NCBI GenBank assembly: GCA_028023455.1
Contig: JAQFVV010000006.1
Span: 12,834,001-12,898,000 of the forward strand
Source: Epiperipatus broadwayi
Lineage: Eukaryota; Animalia; Onychophora
Direction of reading: 5' to 3'
DNA length: 64,000 nt
Below, piece by piece: positions 52,421 to 64,000 of this stretch (positions are counted from its first letter, which is position 1; the number at the start of each line of letters is the position of its first letter). The position numbers and the translations under genes are program-made. The notes under the pieces were generated by a model that worked only from the letters and a program-made list of their open reading frames with translations, had not been told where the DNA came from and did not search any database.

Positions 52421-53099
52421 GTGTATATTACTGCAGAGATATATGGAATTAAATATTACGATTTGTGTTAGATTTTATCTTTTGCTTTGTAATCTATTTG
52501 TTCTGACAACAGACATTGACAAGATGCAAAAATTTTAATGCTATTAAAAAATTATTATAAAGCTTTTAAAAAAAATTAATTATTTTCTACTTACAATTAC
52601 TGATAGGGTGTCATCAATATCAATTTTTCAAAGTTAAAGAATTAATAAAATTTAAATAAGAAATTAATTTTAAATTGCGAATATTTTTTAAAGTCTTTTT
52701 TTTTTTCCAATGTAAATGTCATATTAAAAATCGAAAAGTAATCCTGGACTTAGAAAGAAAATGTGAAAAATGAAAAAAAATATCTTTTTTAAAAAAATAT
52801 TGAATGTTAGCAATTTTTATAAAATTACATTCAATTTTTATAAAATTAAATTTGTAAAATATAAAATATCATTAATGTATTCGTATTTCTTTAATGTTTT
52901 TATCAAAAATCAAATATATATATATAACACTTAATCCTTCAGTTATTTAAATTTTGTTGAAAATCTCTAATGATTTGTTTGAGTAATATTCCAAAGTTTA
53001 TTTCCTCAAGTTTATCTTTATTCTCTATAATATTTTTCAGAAATTTTGAATTATTTGTTAAAAATACTTGTTTACAAGCAAAAATTATTAAAAATATTA

Positions 53100-54240
53100 T
53101 TTAATACAATGTACAGGCTTACACACACCTGCACATATAATGTAATATATAACAGATTCGAACTCAGATTTTCACACGACCCTCAACTCTCCATGCTATC
53201 TCATATTGCTGACTCACCTGATCACACACATGTTGAAAAGATAAATAAATCATCAATATATGTATTTCATGATAAACCAGCAACCATCAGTTGGTACAGA
53301 TTACTATCTCCACACACTTATACAATCATGCTCAGATTTATATTAAGATAGCCAATCTTCATACTTTAATGGACAGCCTTCAAACTATTCCAACCCACAA
53401 CTCTTCATCTGTCCATTTCATTAAAATTTCTGATGACGGAACATTCAAAGCCCACATTGCCAAGGTTGTCACCATGTTGACGTTAGTCATTCTGAACCCT
53501 CATGTACCGAAAAATAATCCATTTACCTACATATGTGAGGGATGGGCAGACCTTTAATGCATTATGTTTCGATATGTAATTTAATGCACTGTACAGGCTC
53601 ACACACACCTGCACATATAATGTAATATATAAAGGATCTGAACCTAGACTTTTACACGATCCTCAACTCTCCATGCCATCTCATATTTCTGACCCACCTG
53701 ATCACACACATGTTGAAAAGATAAATAATCACCAATATACGTATTTCATGATAAAACAGCAATCATCAGTTGGTCCAGAAAACTATCTCCACACACATAT
53801 ACAATCAGTGCTCAGCTTTATATTAAGATAGCCTATCTTCATACTTTAATGGACAGGCTTCAAACTATTCCTACCCACAAATCTTCAGTGATCCATTTCA
53901 TTGAAAATCTGATGATGGAACGTGGGCTTTGAACATTCCATCATCAGATTTTCAATGAAATGGATGGCTGAAGAGATTTTAAAATGTGGGCTTTGAACAT
54001 TCCATCATCATATTTTCAATGAAATGTGCATTTGAAGAGTTGTGTATTGGAGTAGTTTGAAGCCTGTCCATGTGGGTGGAGATAGTAATCTGAATCAACT
54101 GATGATTGCTGGTTTAGCATGAAATATGTATATTGGTGATTATTTATCTTTTCAATATGTGTGTGATCAGGTGGGTCAGCAATATGAGATGGCATGGAGA
54201 ATTGATGGTTGTGTGAAAGTTTGAGTTCGAATCTATACAA
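53100..54240. mobile_element. Family B: tandem 480-bp monomers plus an inverted arm; three HHR motifs
   Basis: tgtacaggct at 53110 and 53590; fold-back turn ~53910-54020; HHRs at ~53250-53295 (-), 53731-53774 (-), ~54094-54138 (+); possible 10-bp TSD aaatattatt. Confidence 0.93.
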
Positions 54241-54424
54241 ATATTATTACAATTTTGCATATATATATATATATATTAAAGTTAAATGCTTAATAGGAAT
54301 AATAACTTTTTTCTTATTGGGCAGTTATAATAGCCATTAAATAAGTTTTAAATTTAAAAAAATAGTATTTTAATTCAGTTTGTAATATTGGAATAAAATA
54401 AAATTCATCTTAACACATCAACAA

Positions 54425-54830
54425 CTTTTTCCTTACAGTATTGCCACCTAGTGCAAGCCATAGTAATCAATAGATTCTAGATAGTTCTGAACACTAAAGA
54501 AGTGAAAGGGCTATGATATGCAAAATATTGAATAGGCTAAGCATGAATAAAAGCTAATTTTTAAAAAATACATGATTGCCTTTTTTTGCATAATCGTTCA
54601 GAACATTTATGTGAATATTACATCAAAAAATCCTTATCTAGTGCCTACTCAATTTGTATATCCAGATTAATTTTTAGCTTATGGTTTTCATCAATGAGGA
54701 GATTTGGATCTGAGAAGTTGCACCTAGATCTTTGAACCTAAAGCATCTCTCCAAGAGCCATCTTTTACTTTTTAGTTAACTATGAGCTATGAATCCAAAT
54801 TGAAAACAGAATATTTTCAATCCAAGCTAA
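54425..54830 (-). mobile_element. Family A degraded copy
   Basis: ccttacagtattgccacctagtgcaagcc...ccttatctagtgcctactca...ttggatctgag...gcacctagatct. Confidence 0.75.
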
Positions 54831-56359
54831 TTTTATTGGTTGTAGTTTTATGGACAAAGATGCCATTGGATGGCGCCGTTTATGTGCTAAAGCACATAAA
54901 AATGCCATTTCCATGGCCGACATCTTCGAATCTGCATTTACTATAATACAACTTTTTAATACAACTTTTTTGTTGTGTTACAGATTGCAGGCCGCTTTGT
55001 CGCATCGCAGTACAGCATGTATGCGAACCCACGTTGAACTCTAATACAACATTCGTGTTGTGTTACAGAATGCAGGCCACTTCATTGCATCATAGCAAAT
55101 AAATTTTGCACAATTAGATCAGATTATACAATTGTTATGGCTTGGTGAGAGGGTGTCTGTATTTGAATTTGATTGGAAGTGTGTTTTTTTATTCATTTTT
55201 TTTTAAAGTATTGAAATATTCATATTTTCTTAAGTAATAATTATCTGACTGTTTACACCATTCTGTATTGAAGTTTTAAGTGGCAAATTCTTGTCCCGAT
55301 AGATGTGTAAAGGCAGTTGGAATTAGATAACACGTCAAGTAACGTACTGTTCGTAACATTCCACGAGACCAAAAATATGACACAGGAAATCACACATGTT
55401 GTTCGATTCTGTGATTTACCTACAACAGAACCCTAACAAGTTTTACTTTTTGTTGCCATTGTATTGTAAGTAAAAAATAGCGGTAACACAAAAATCTCCA
55501 GCAATAAATTTGCAATTGACTTTTTTTAAATACCCTAAAAAGCATATCAAAAAAAAAGTTTAAAGACATTTTAATATATGTTTCTCTCTAAAAATTAAAA
55601 TGTAAAAGCAAGAACTAAGAACTTCAACTTTTTGTTCCGATTATAAATTTTTAAACAACAACAATATAAAAAAAGGCGTAACTCCAAAAAAAAAAAAAAA
55701 CCCTGAATTAAATTGAAATTTGTTGATTTTATTTTACATTTTATTGTAGTCATTTAATTTCTTTACATTACTAAAAAAAAAAAAAACCTTTAAAAACCAT
55801 GATTTTGGTATTTGTTTTTTTTTTTTTCGCAAAACAAAAAACACAGAAAAATGATTAAAATCAATGGCCTGGGAATGTTCATATTTCATAGTTTTGGGGT
55901 GATAATGGCATCATCGAGTGGGGTCTTTGTCCATAAAACTATAGTTATAAAGATACAAGAAATGGTGGCTAATGGTTTAATATCTACAAGAGAGGGGTTT
56001 GACATGAAACAATCTTATACTCTTGGGAATAATTATAGTGGTTATGGAAAAAGTTATTATAGTTGAAACTATTTTGTTAAGGTTTTAATACATCGTTATA
56101 AGAGGTACATTGATGCTTCTCTACTATAGCATCTAGTAACAAAATGATGTAGATCAGAACCTCAGTTAACAATAATGGTCTTCACATTTATATATATATT
56201 GGTGACAATTTTAAAGTTTAATTATATTTTTTCTCAATAGATGGAGCTACTTACATTTTTGTAAAAGTCTCATTTACATAGTAAAAAAAGTTATGTGTAA
56301 TGAAAAAGCTCCAGATTGGAAGCCTGATGGAACTACTGTTTGGAAAATTTGGTGTTGTT

Positions 56360-56790
56360 TATTAACTTGTGCAAGTATAAGAAATAGTGATCATGCAAGT
56401 TTTAATGGTTTTATACCAATTCTTTTCATAGGATGAAAGTGACTGATTTTTATTAGACCAAAGACACCAAAATGTACATATACTAACTTGGATTCAGTTC
56501 TACATGACTGTAGAAGTGAATGAGCTTTGATTAGAAATGTTGTGTTTTTATCTTGGGCTCCTAACTTTATAGTTAACTAAAATAGGTAAAAGATGGCTGC
56601 CGGAGAGTTGCATTAGTTGCAGTGCTCTCATATCCAAGACTCCTCACTGATGAAAGCTGCAAGCTAGAAACTACTCTGAGGATATTGAATCAGTAGGCAC
56701 TAGATAGGGATTTTATGAAGAAACCTTCTTGCAGCCATTGATTACTCTGGCTTGCATTGGATGATTAGTACTGTATGGAGAGTTTTTCCT
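56360..56790 (+). mobile_element. Family A near-full monomer, HHR-sense on +; HHR at 56641-56682
   Basis: TCCTCA-CTGATGA-aAGCtgcaaGCTa-GAAActacTC-TGAGGA. Confidence 0.85.
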
Positions 56791-57464
56791 TAGTCTTATA
56801 TACCATTTATGTTAAACATTTTTATATAATTTCTTGACAGAATTGAAAAACGTACACAGCTAAAAGATGAAAAGTAATATCATGAGTTTCTTTATGGCAC
56901 AATAGAAGATTATAATCAACTTGCTTCTCAGTAAACCATTTAATATTAAAGCGAAGTTATTAAAAGAAAGATTTTTTTGTCTCCATACTTGTATAGACTA
57001 CTATTTGTTATTAATACTGTATTTTCATCTGGCTAAAATATAAATTTCATTCTGAATTTTCACCCACATTGGGTTAAGGAAATAGATGGATTCATTCTAT
57101 TCTTGGTCCTTTATTATCATACAGGGTTATTTATTCATGGTGGAGGAAGAGTAGTTTATATCTCTTAAATGATATACACATAACTTATCTCAGTAATTTG
57201 AGTTTACATTCTGTTCCAATAACTGTCTATTGTAAAGATGAATCTACGAAAAATAACCTTACCCTTAAATTTTAGCTTGTGTCTCAGATAGACTACACAT
57301 AGTAACACAGTGAATCAACACCAAATATGTTCAAAAGATTATAGGCATAAAATTGAAAAAGGTATCTCAGATCCATAACCTGTTTCACATCAGTTTTCAT
57401 TTCAAATGCTTGATTTTTTCCCACAGTAATAAAATTTTTCTTCCATTTTCTTACCTATAGTAGC

Positions 57465-57705
57465 ACCACTTAGTGTAATCTATAGTAACTAATGAATGCT
57501 AGAAGGTTTGTTCATCAAATTTCCATTCAGTGCCAACTCATCCAATATTCTCAAACTAGTTTCTAATTTATGACTTTTGTCAGTGAAGAGGCATGGACCT
57601 GAGAATAATGCATATATACTTTTGAATCTAATGCACTGCTCATCCATTAGTTACTATGGCTTGCACTGGATGAAACTATTGTATGAAAAATGTTGATACT
57701 GTTTT
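57465..57705. mobile_element. Family A degraded fold-back
   Basis: cctatagtagcaccacttagtg...caaactagtttct...then inverse catccattagttactatggcttgcactgg. Confidence 0.75.
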
Positions 57706-58159
57706 AACAGATTGTGTAAGCATACAAAATGGAGGTCTTAGTAATTATTATAAAAAGATCTTCAATTATACCTTTTAACAATCTAGAAATTACTCATTTT
57801 TGACTGAAAGGAACATTCAATATAATCTTTGAAAAGATCTTTTTTTAGTGGGTAAAATTGGTATTTATTGGCAGTTAGTGCATATCTATCATTGTAATGA
57901 GGATTAATAGTAGAATGAATGACTTTGTTGTTTACAATCCTAAAAAATTCCAAGAGTTTTGCTTATTTTAAAACTAATATAGCATCAAATACTTACAAGT
58001 AGCCTCAGAATTGAAGTTTCCACTATTAAGCTTACAAGAACATGTTTTAACCACATCACATTGCAAATATTTAAAACAGTTGATAGTTATGGTCATGCAA
58101 CCATTGGAAATCTTCCATCATTATATAAAAGATGGGCAAAATATTTCTTTTTAAATATG

Positions 58160-58760
58160 ACTACAAATTGATATCTACTGATATATTAGGAAAAATGAAT
58201 ATGATATTTTCCAGATCTACCTGCCATCTACTGATATGATAGGAAAGATGAATATGGTAGCATTTATACAGATTCATACACCATCCACTAATGTAATAGA
58301 GGACATAAATTTAGCATTTTCCAGATTCTAGTGTCATCTATTGATGTAATAAAAAATGAATATGATACTATTTTAAGGTTCACAAGTCATCCATTGCATG
58401 TAATAGGAAAAATTAATATGATAGTATTTTCCAGGTCATTTGGTACTGTAATAGTAAAAATAAATGTGATACCATCTTGGAGGTTTACCCATCATCCATT
58501 GATATAATAGGCAAATTGAATGTGATAGAATTTACAATAATATAATAGGAATGATTAATGTGAAATTCTTCAGATTCGTACGCCATTTACTGATATAATA
58601 AAAAAATGATTATTATGCCATTTTTCAGGATCATCCATCATCCACTGATAACATAGGTAAAATGTGTCTGTGCACTTTCCACTGATGTAATAGGAAAGAT
58701 TAATATATTTTTGGATTCATATGCCATTCACTAATGTAATAGATGAATATAATACCATTT
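58160..58760. repeat. Degenerate minisatellite, ~55-60-bp unit, ~10 copies
   Basis: Recurrent catc(c/t)actgatgtaataggaaaaatgaatatgat...ttttccag. Confidence 0.75.
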
Positions 58761-58837
58761 TTCAAGTGCATGTGTCACTCATTGTTCCAGGTCCACAGTC
58801 AAAAAAATTCTTTTATGACTAAGTTCATCAGATTATT

Positions 58838-59045
58838 TTTCTTTTATGATTTTTTTTGAACAGCAATCAACATGTATATTTTATTTTTCTTTCAAAAATA
58901 CATAATTTTGTAGCATGTAATTCTAAATACTTAAAACCTTTCTTTTATGATTTTTTTTGAACAGCAATCAACATGTATATTTTATTTTTCTTTCAAAAAT
59001 ACATAATTTTGTAGCATGTAATTCTGAATACTTAAAACCTTTCTC
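58838..59045. repeat. Recent ~100-bp tandem duplication
   Basis: ttcttttatgatttttttgaacagcaatc...tacttaaaacctttc occurs twice, nearly identical. Confidence 0.85.
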
Positions 59046-59374
59046 CGTTATAATTGTAATTCAATGTACATATGCATACGACATGACTATATTTACCAGC
59101 AGTGTCTACCCTGAGAGAAATGTTGCTAAATGCAATGTGTAAAGAGGTGTGGCATATTGTCAACAACATACATGCAATTAATGAGAAATAATCATGCATT
59201 CCCCTGTCAAAAACGTAGTTCATTTTAATAAATTCATTTACATTTTATAATCATATTTTATGTAAATTACCACTTCTGTGATTCTTCTATGAATCTCTTA
59301 CTCCTCTTAGATAATAATAGCTATGATTATGATTATTAATTAGTTGAAAGCATGTTCAGCATACTATGCTAATG

Positions 59375-59625
59375 TAAACAAAGGCAAAACTCTCCATACA
59401 GTAGCGCCACTCAGTAAAAGCCAGATTAATGAATCTAATTAATCACCTAAAGGTCTAGTTGCGGTGCTCTCAGATACAAAGTTCCTTACTGATGAAAGCC
59501 ATGAGCTAGAAACTGCTCTGGGAATATTGATTACCTCTGGGGTGCACTGAGTCATGCTACTGGGTGGAGAATTTTGCCTTTGTTTAAACAGCTTGTGTAA
59601 GTATAAAGAATGGTGATCATGCTCA
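59375..59625. mobile_element. Family A fold-back
   Basis: aaacaaaggcaaaactctcc, then an inverted arm with CTGATGAaAGCcatgaGCTaGAAAC, ending tggtgatcatg. Confidence 0.85.
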
Positions 59626-62011
59626 GCTGATGTAATTAGCATTTTTAATTAATAAATTATTCACAAGCTTTTCTTAGAATACATGTTGTATGTATTATTT
59701 ACATTGAATAATTTTGCATCATATACAGCATATATATTTAGTACTAAAGTCACATTTTTTGTTGTAAACTTATATTGCTTAAATTATGCTGTAATATTAA
59801 TTTACATATATGGTACTATGCTGCTTGGAAGATTTAATCCAGTTATCATTGAGTGTTTAGTTGTTCTACTTAAATTCTTATTGCACCAAGAGCTCCATAC
59901 TCATTATATTCTTCAGCAAATTGAAACTATCTATCTCATAAAAGACCATATCTGGAAAATAAACAGAATTCTTCTTTTTAGTAGATGCAAAAAAAAAGGC
60001 TTATTTAATCACAACATACTTGTTCAATGAGCTCCATAATTGGTAATATGGAGTGTTGTAAAATCCAAATTGGCCATTTCATTGTTAAAAGGTCAAGTAT
60101 ACATGGATGTGACCTCGGAAGCATCAAATTCCTGCCAATATGAGAATGAAGAATCTTATGGAAGATAGACTAATGTAGTATTGTGATTCACAACTATAAC
60201 AATCCATAAGAAGTTAATATTTTGAACATGGATGCACCCAAGTTTCTTTCTAATAATCTTTCTGTCTGAACAAATTATGTTGTCAATATATGTTTTCAGG
60301 AAAACTTTAATAAATAGACGATTTGAATTCTCAGAGCTCTAACTATTATTTCCAATAACTTTGGAACCATAATTTATCATTCCTACTAACATGAGATTAA
60401 AGTTATCAAACATATAAAAGTGATCCTTTTTAATGTATTATTGCAATAAGATAATCCAATAATAAGTAAAAACTGTAAGGGTCTAATCTTCGTGAATCTA
60501 ATTTTGGATTACAAGCATACATTGATACAGATATGAAATGAATTTTTAATATTTTAGTTTTGATACATGTATGAACATCTAAGAAGTCTCAAGTCTGGCA
60601 CTGTGTAATCTCTTTCACTTAATGAATTACCCATCCCAAAATATATATACACTCAGTTTACACTGCAAAATTCTTTACCAAACTTACCCTTTAATTAGTG
60701 TCAAATATCCTAAATTCAGTCTTGAAAATTCCACATCAGGCTAAATTCACTTTTCCATCGAACTACATATTTTTAAAATATAAGATAAAGACTACTTTCT
60801 ACTTTTCAACTATAGCTACTATTTAGAAGAGTTTAATGAGGTACACATAGTACATCTACCTGCTATGGCTATAAAGTGGGTTTGAATCTGGGTTGAGTAA
60901 GTTTAAAAATTTTTAATGGGTATACGATTTTTCTTTCAGCTAGTTTAACTATAGCCATACAGGTAAATATCCAATATTTGTTAGTAAAACAATATCTATT
61001 ATTTTTCAGAGGGCAGGTTAAATCAAAAATGGCCAACTGATCAAATCCTCACCACACAGCAATTAGAAATCTTAAGTGACTTGTCTTTCCCCCACTTCTT
61101 GATGAGGGGTTATTAAAGAGACCATTGTTTGTAATAGGTTGCTTAAAGACTATTTTATCTTTTATCTGACATTGAAAGACGTTTGGCACGTTAATGAAAA
61201 TTTTTTCAATCGCAGCGATAGACAAATATGAATTGTAATGCAGGTCACTTTATTTCACCTTTCTTGACATTTTTATGCATTTAGAAAGAAAAATACTGTG
61301 TACAACTAAAATGGTAACTTACTTATGATAAGACAATATTTTATCCTGTAGAGAAGTAGAAAGTATTCTTCTTTTGTCCATGATTTTTAACAGAAGCAGT
61401 AACATATTGATGAATTATTAAGAGATATATTTTTAAGAGGATATTTCTCTCTACGTATGATTAAGCATTCTTGGCACTCTCGGCACTACTCTGTGGTCTA
61501 TCTTATAAATATTGAGAGCTTTTGTAGTTTATAAGAGTGAGTTGAGGTTTCTCTTCCTCTTAAAATTTATTTTGAATCATAGTTAAAGTATTTACAATAT
61601 TTAATAAATTATTATTATTGTCATTCTTATTCATATGACTCTATTATTATTGACATGGATCATATTAATAGAGAACCCTGATCTTAGCCTAATGTTTGTT
61701 TTATCACAATATTATAGCCTAATACTTATTTAGTACCTAATTTTGATCTTGCTTTCGTATGTGTATATTTTTGGCATGTCCAACCATCGAGCAATTTTTC
61801 TGTTATAATTTATATATATATAATAAATAAAATGTCCGTTAATTAAAAACAAAATTGTAATTATAAATGAAATAATAAATTTAACAGTTTACAAACTATT
61901 ATAAACAACCCTTAAAATCCGCAGAAGTACTTTCGGTGAATTTCTTCAACCTGTCTCAACTGCCATTAAATTCAAAATCAAAAGCGGAAGCAAACGTCAT
62001 CACTTCAAATT

Positions 62012-62425
62012 TCACGAATCTCGTATTTTAATGTTAGCAGCTTGACGATTTATTAAATGCATTTTATTCCTGTTTATAAAAATTGCCTCTTTAATTTTTC
62101 TTTTACAATGGTTTCTCTCTTCATGAAGAATTTTTACATTTTCAAAATCAAATTTAAATTTATATTTACATGTTTTTTCGTGATCAAAGAAAACTGAAGG
62201 AGATATCAAATCATCATTATTTTTACTTTTTACACACTTATATAACAATTCATGCTCCTTCAATCTTTTCTCAATACTGCACCTAGATTCACCTATATAT
62301 GATAGCATACAATCACAAAAAAATTGATATATGACATTACTTTTCTGCTTGACAGGTATGACATGTTTAGAATTAGTGACTAATTTATTAACATTGTTTG
62401 GAATGTAGAATGAAACATTAAACAC
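62012..62425 (-). pseudogene. PLE GIY-YIG endonuclease fragment (transposon)
   Basis: NVIYQFFCDCMLSYIGESRCSIEKRLKEH...EAIFI...LINR. Confidence 0.9.
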
Positions 62426-62428
62426 ATT

Positions 62429-62429
<1 letters not shown>

Positions 62430-62500
<71 letters not shown>
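62430..62500. repeat. (TA)n microsatellite
   Basis: Directly visible. Confidence 0.95.
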
Positions 62501-62503
<3 letters not shown>

Positions 62504-62520
62504 AGGATTTATATAAGAAT

Positions 62521-62946
62521 GTGTTTAATGTTTCATTCTACGTTCCAAACAATATTAATAAATTAGTCAATAATTCTAAGGATGTCATACCTGTCAAGCA
62601 GAAAAGTAATGTCATATATCAAATTTTTTGTGATTGTATGCTATCATATATAGGTGAATCTAGGTGCAGTATTGAGAAAAGATTGAAGGAGCATGAATTG
62701 TTATATAAGTGTGTAAAAAGTAAAAATAATGATGATTTGATATCTCCTTCAGTTTTCTTTGATCACAAAAAAACATGTAAATATAAATTTAAATTTGATT
62801 TTGAAAATGTAAAAATTCTTCATGAAGGGAGAAACCATTGTAAAAGAAAAATTAAAGAGGCAATTTTTATAAACAGGAATAAAATGCATTTAATAAATCG
62901 ACAAGCTGCTAACATTAAAATACGAGATTTGTGGAATTTGAAGTGA
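62521..62946 (+). pseudogene. PLE GIY-YIG endonuclease fragment (transposon)
   Basis: NVIYQIFCDCMLSYIGESRCSIEKRLKEH; 141-aa open frame without an RT domain. Confidence 0.9.
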
Positions 62947-62982
62947 TGATGTTTGCTTCCGCTTTTGAATTTGAATTTAATG

Positions 62983-63025
62983 GCAGTTGAGGCAGGTTGA
63001 AGAAATTCACCGAAAGTACTTCTGC
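62983..63025 (+). ncRNA. HHR-like motif in the PLE 3' UTR, non-canonical core (mirror on - at 61921-61963)
   Basis: GCAG-TTGAG(G/A)CA-GGTTGAAgaaaTTCACC-GAA-AGTACT-T-CTGC. Confidence 0.45.
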
Positions 63026-63149
63026 GGATTTTAAGGATTGTTTATAATAGTTTGTAAACCGTTAAATTTATTATTTCATTTATAATTACAATATATATAT
63101 ATACAAGTATATTATTTGTACTGAACACTTGGAGGGTGGAGAAAAAAGA

Positions 63150-63385
63150 AACCTATCCATTAAAGTTTGAAGATTTGCTATCTTAATATAAACTGGACAC
63201 TCATTATATATATGTGTGAGAGATAATGATCTGGACCAACTGATGAGTGCTAATTTAGCACAATATACTTATATTGGAAATAATTTATATTTTTCATATG
63301 TGTGTGGTCATGAGCATCAGTTTTATAAGATGAAGTGGCTAGCTGTAGGAAGCTTGAAAGTCTGAGTTCAAATCCCTTCTAAATA
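63150..63385 (+). mobile_element. Family B partial copy, HHR-sense on +
   Basis: ctggaccaaCTGATGAGTGCtaatttaGCACaatatacttatattgg; GAAA mutated. Confidence 0.85.
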
Positions 63386-63747
63386 CACACACATATATAT
63401 AGAAAGTTATCTTTAAAATAATGTGTATATGAGGCAAATTGTAGCATGTGCTATAAGGACTGCTTGAGATGGTGTATGGTGCTAATGTATCTATGGTGTG
63501 AGAGGTTGGTCTGACTTCCAGGCCGGTGGACGGGTGTGATAGGATTGAACAAAAAACTTGTAAATATTATATGACTCTATGGACAGCTTCAGTTATTTTC
63601 TGTTTAATAAAATTCTAGTAAATCTGCTTGTGAATTAAAGCTTATGTTTCCAAAAATATCTGATATTCTTAATGCTACATATTTAATAACCCTTGTCTAT
63701 TTCAAGAGTTGTTAACATTATTAGAACTTTCACAATATATAACAAGC

Positions 63748-63986
63748 ATCACATGATCACCATCTCTTATACTAGCACATAATTGTTTATAAACAAGGCA
63801 AAACTCTCTATACAGTAGTGCCACCCTGTGCCAACCAGAGTAATCAATGGATGCCAGAAGGCTTGTGCATAAAATCCCTATCTAATGCCTACTCATCCAA
63901 TATCCCCAGACTAGTTTCTGGCATCCATTGATTACTCAGGTTGGCACAGGGTGGCACTACTGTATGGAGAGTTTTGCCTTGTTTAT
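63748..63986. mobile_element. Family A fold-back, TSD of at least 14 bp
   Basis: TSD aatatataacaagc at 63734-47 and 63987-64000 (window edge). Confidence 0.92.
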
Positions 63987-64000
63987 AATATATAACAAGC

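Larger units (their letters stand above)
61854..63092. mobile_element. Penelope-like element: two 5'-truncated GIY-YIG copies in inverted orientation around a (TA)n tract
   Basis: Arms 61854-62429 and 62511-63092 are near-identical inverses. Confidence 0.93.

Noticed and set aside
53905-53960. CTGATGA in family B (antisense strand) as a second hammerhead
   Set aside because: No correctly placed GAAA or stem III; the pairing comes from the fold-back junction.
1-64000. Host protein-coding gene from the ORF track
   Set aside because: Non-transposon ORFs are short and low-complexity (F/I/L/Y-rich), antisense to LINEs, or read through families A and B (e.g. 47244..47435, 53046..53557, 31942..32124). 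No recognisable domain.

Overview
Very AT-rich, CpG-depleted, repeat-dense eukaryotic (probably invertebrate) DNA. I found no host protein-coding gene. Most ORFs on the track are spurious or decayed transposon fragments. The window holds LINE remnants (a PHD+esterase ORF1 family with (CATCA)n tails, and RTE-type), three Penelope-like (PLE) GIY-YIG remnants, tRNA-Gly SINEs, a tRNA-Lys pseudogene, two MITEs and several minisatellites. The main result is a set of non-coding repeat families that each carry a type I hammerhead ribozyme (HHR) with a palindromic stem III. Family A has a 456-bp monomer at about 18 loci and an unusual A.A pair closing stem II. Family B has a 480-bp monomer at 7 loci. 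Two further decayed HHR-like motifs sit in other fold-backs. These elements occur as partial head-to-tail multimers and as fold-backs with both RNA 3' ends pointing outward, flanked by 11-16 bp target-site duplications (TSDs). The PLE remnants show the same geometry (clear at two of the three loci) and carry U3-type HHR-like motifs. The inference is a retrozyme-like, probably circular-RNA, network mobilised in trans by PLE enzymes. Ribozyme folds, repeats and TSDs were read by eye. Activity, expression and novelty are untested. Most repeat boundaries are approximate (about +/-20 bp).
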